A stretch of DNA of 64,000 nt from Pseudomonadota bacterium (lineage in GTDB: Bacteria > Pseudomonadota > Gammaproteobacteria > Xanthomonadales > Rhodanobacteraceae): NCBI GenBank assembly GCA_021781345.1, contig JAJXWZ010000197.1:1963-65962 (forward strand), read 5' to 3'. A program made the translations under genes and the position numbers. The notes under the pieces are model-generated. The model saw only the letters and a list, made by a program, of their open reading frames with translations. It searched no databases and was not told the origin of the DNA. The number at the start of each line of letters is the position of its first letter. Position 1 is the stretch's first letter. Positions 62,691 to 64,000 of this stretch are shown piece by piece.

Positions 62691-64000
62691 CTACATCTTG
62701 CCGGCTTCCAGCGGCCGCTGGCGATGCATCACCGCCCACTCCACGTGTTCGGAGAGCGAGGTTTCGCCCAGCATGCGCAGGATCTCGCGTTGCTCCTCGA
62801 GGTCCTGGCTGGCGTCCAGCCGCTGGCGTGCATTGGCAAACACGCGTTCCATGAACCGGTACTGGCGGATCAATTCACGGTCGGCCTTGCGGAACGAATA
62901 GGCCTCGCGCACCGCGGCGAAGATCGAGAACACCGCCATCACCACAATCAGGTCGTTCTTGAGGTCGGTGGTCAGCCAGTGCATCAGCACGGTCAGCGCG
63001 ACGCTGATGAAGATGCCGGCCATCAGGCAGATCGCGCCGATCATCTCGTTGATGCGGTGGGCGCGTTCGCGCTGTTCCGTCCGGCGGCGGTAGTAACCGA
63101 GCTCACCGCTGGTGTCGTCGCCGACCCATTCGCCGATCACCTTTTCCAGGGCGGCGGCGTCGTGCGCCGGGGCGTGGGCGCCTCCGGCGAGGCCCGCGCC
63201 GCGCATCACGTTGCGCACCCAGCCCAGTTCGATGTCCTGCTTCTGCATCAGGCTGTCGTGCGCGAACTCGGGATCGGTGGTCAGTGAAATCCCGACGCGC
63301 CGCCAGTAGCACTGCACCCTCAGGCCTTCGGCGAGCGCGCGGTAATCGAGGTACTTGCGGTGCCAGGCGCGCCGCCGCGCGATGCCGCTGATGACCACGC
63401 CGGATGCGAACAGGAACAGGAACACGTACAGCATGTGGTCCTGGTCGGGCAGGTTGTCGTACATCGTGAACGCCATGCCCATCACGAACGCGACCAGGTA
63501 GATCACCCGCATCGCCAGTTGCACGCGCTTCTGGAAGTGGATCGCCAGCCAGTCGGCGGCGCGGAACAGCGCCGCGGGCGTCGCCAGCGAATCGTCGTGG
63601 CCGGTCGCCGGGGCGTCGTCCTCGATGCCGGTGCTCCAGGCCGCGATGCGTTCTGCGTATTTGCGGACGTCCACGTTGAATTCGTCGGTGTGCGCGAATA
63701 CGGTCCGGAAATCCTCCGGCATCGGGACATCGGGTTCGGATGCGCCGGTCTGGCTGTGCCAGATCACCTGTCCCGGCTGCAGGTGCGAATGCGGGGCGCC
63801 GTCGTCCGCGTCGCGGGAACAGACGATATGGCAGAGCAGGCGCTCGTCGCCGCCCGAATAAAGCTGTGGTCGGTGCGCGTGCCGGCGGTCGAATTCGCCC
63901 GGGAGGTCGCCGGTCAGGTAATAGTGGACGATCTGCGCCGTGCCGCCCAGACGGTCGGACGGCTTGCCGTCCCAGATCGCCAGCAGCAAGTGGCAATGGC
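62691..64000 (-). CDS. Membrane protein with two successive 2-TM (SLATT/DUF4231-like) modules behind a LOG/SLOG-like segment, 5'-truncated by the window end
   Basis: The reading frame is open to position 64000; the M at 63989 in the track is a CTG/TTG artefact. Visible domains, N- to C-terminal: ...HCHLLLAIWDGKPSDRLGGTAQIVHYY; module 1 (AALFRAADWLAIHFQKR, TM VIYLVAFVMGMAFTMY, TM MLYVFLFLFASGVVISGIA, then WHRKYLDYRALAEGLR); module 2 (GYYRRRTEQRERAHR, TM IGAICLMAGIFISVALTVLMHWL, TM LIVVMAVFSIFAAV, then REAYSFRKADRELIRQYRF). The family assignment is by pattern recognition only. Confidence 0.55.
   Translation of the reverse strand, partial: HCHLLLAIWDGKPSDRLGGTAQIVHYYLTGDLPGEFDRRHAHRPQLYSGGDERLLCHIVCSRDADDGAPHSHLQPGQVIWHSQTGASEPDVPMPEDFRTVFAHTDEFNVDVRKYAERIAAWSTGIEDDAPATGHDDSLATPAALFRAADWLAIHFQKRVQLAMRVIYLVAFVMGMAFTMYDNLPDQDHMLYVFLFLFASGVVISGIARRRAWHRKYLDYRALAEGLRVQCYWRRVGISLTTDPEFAHDSLMQKQDIELGWVRNVMRGAGLAGGAHAPAHDAAALEKVIGEWVGDDTSGELGYYRRRTEQRERAHRINEMIGAICLMAGIFISVALTVLMHWLTTDLKNDLIVVMAVFSIFAAVREAYSFRKADRELIRQYRFMERVFANARQRLDASQDLEEQREILRMLGETSLSEHVEWAVMHRQRPLEAGKM

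Overview
High-GC (sampled lines are about 65-70% GC) gammaproteobacterial chromosome segment with Xanthomonadales-type gene order. All calls rest on reading the supplied ORF translations for family motifs; no searches were run. Layout: (1) 1-14.9 kb holds the 3' two thirds of the dcw cell-division/cell-wall cluster (ftsI partial, murE, murF, mraY, ftsW, murG, murC, ddl, ftsQ, ftsA, ftsZ, lpxC), then a DUF721-like gene, an M23 peptidase and secA. (2) 19.9-30.7 kb holds a large secreted Asp-box (BNR/sortilin-like) propeller protein, an HDAC-family / PduO-type adenosyltransferase / membrane-protein operon, two ubiquinone hydroxylases, a dienelactone hydrolase, ispB and ssb. (3) 30.9-39.7 kb is a kdpFAB-(porin)-C-DE potassium uptake locus with a TorF-like porin gene between kdpB and kdpC. 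(4) 39.7-48.2 kb is a LacI-controlled alpha-mannoside utilisation locus (GH47, AGE-family isomerase/epimerase, fructokinase, MFS sugar transporter, LacI, divergent GH92). (5) 48.4-58.1 kb holds pilR/pilS, tRNA-Thr(CGU), an S9 peptidase, dxs and a ClC channel. (6) 58.2-64.0 kb is the most unusual part: an HNH nuclease gene, two tandem paralogous TIR-domain genes fused to a TolB-N-like module and TPR repeats, and a convergent gene, truncated by the window end, for a protein with a LOG/SLOG-like segment and two successive 2-TM (SLATT-like) modules. I flag this as a candidate TIR-based signalling/defence system. No CRISPR arrays, rRNA genes, transposases or integrases were recognised. Many very long ORFs in the track are antisense shadows typical of high-GC DNA and were not called.
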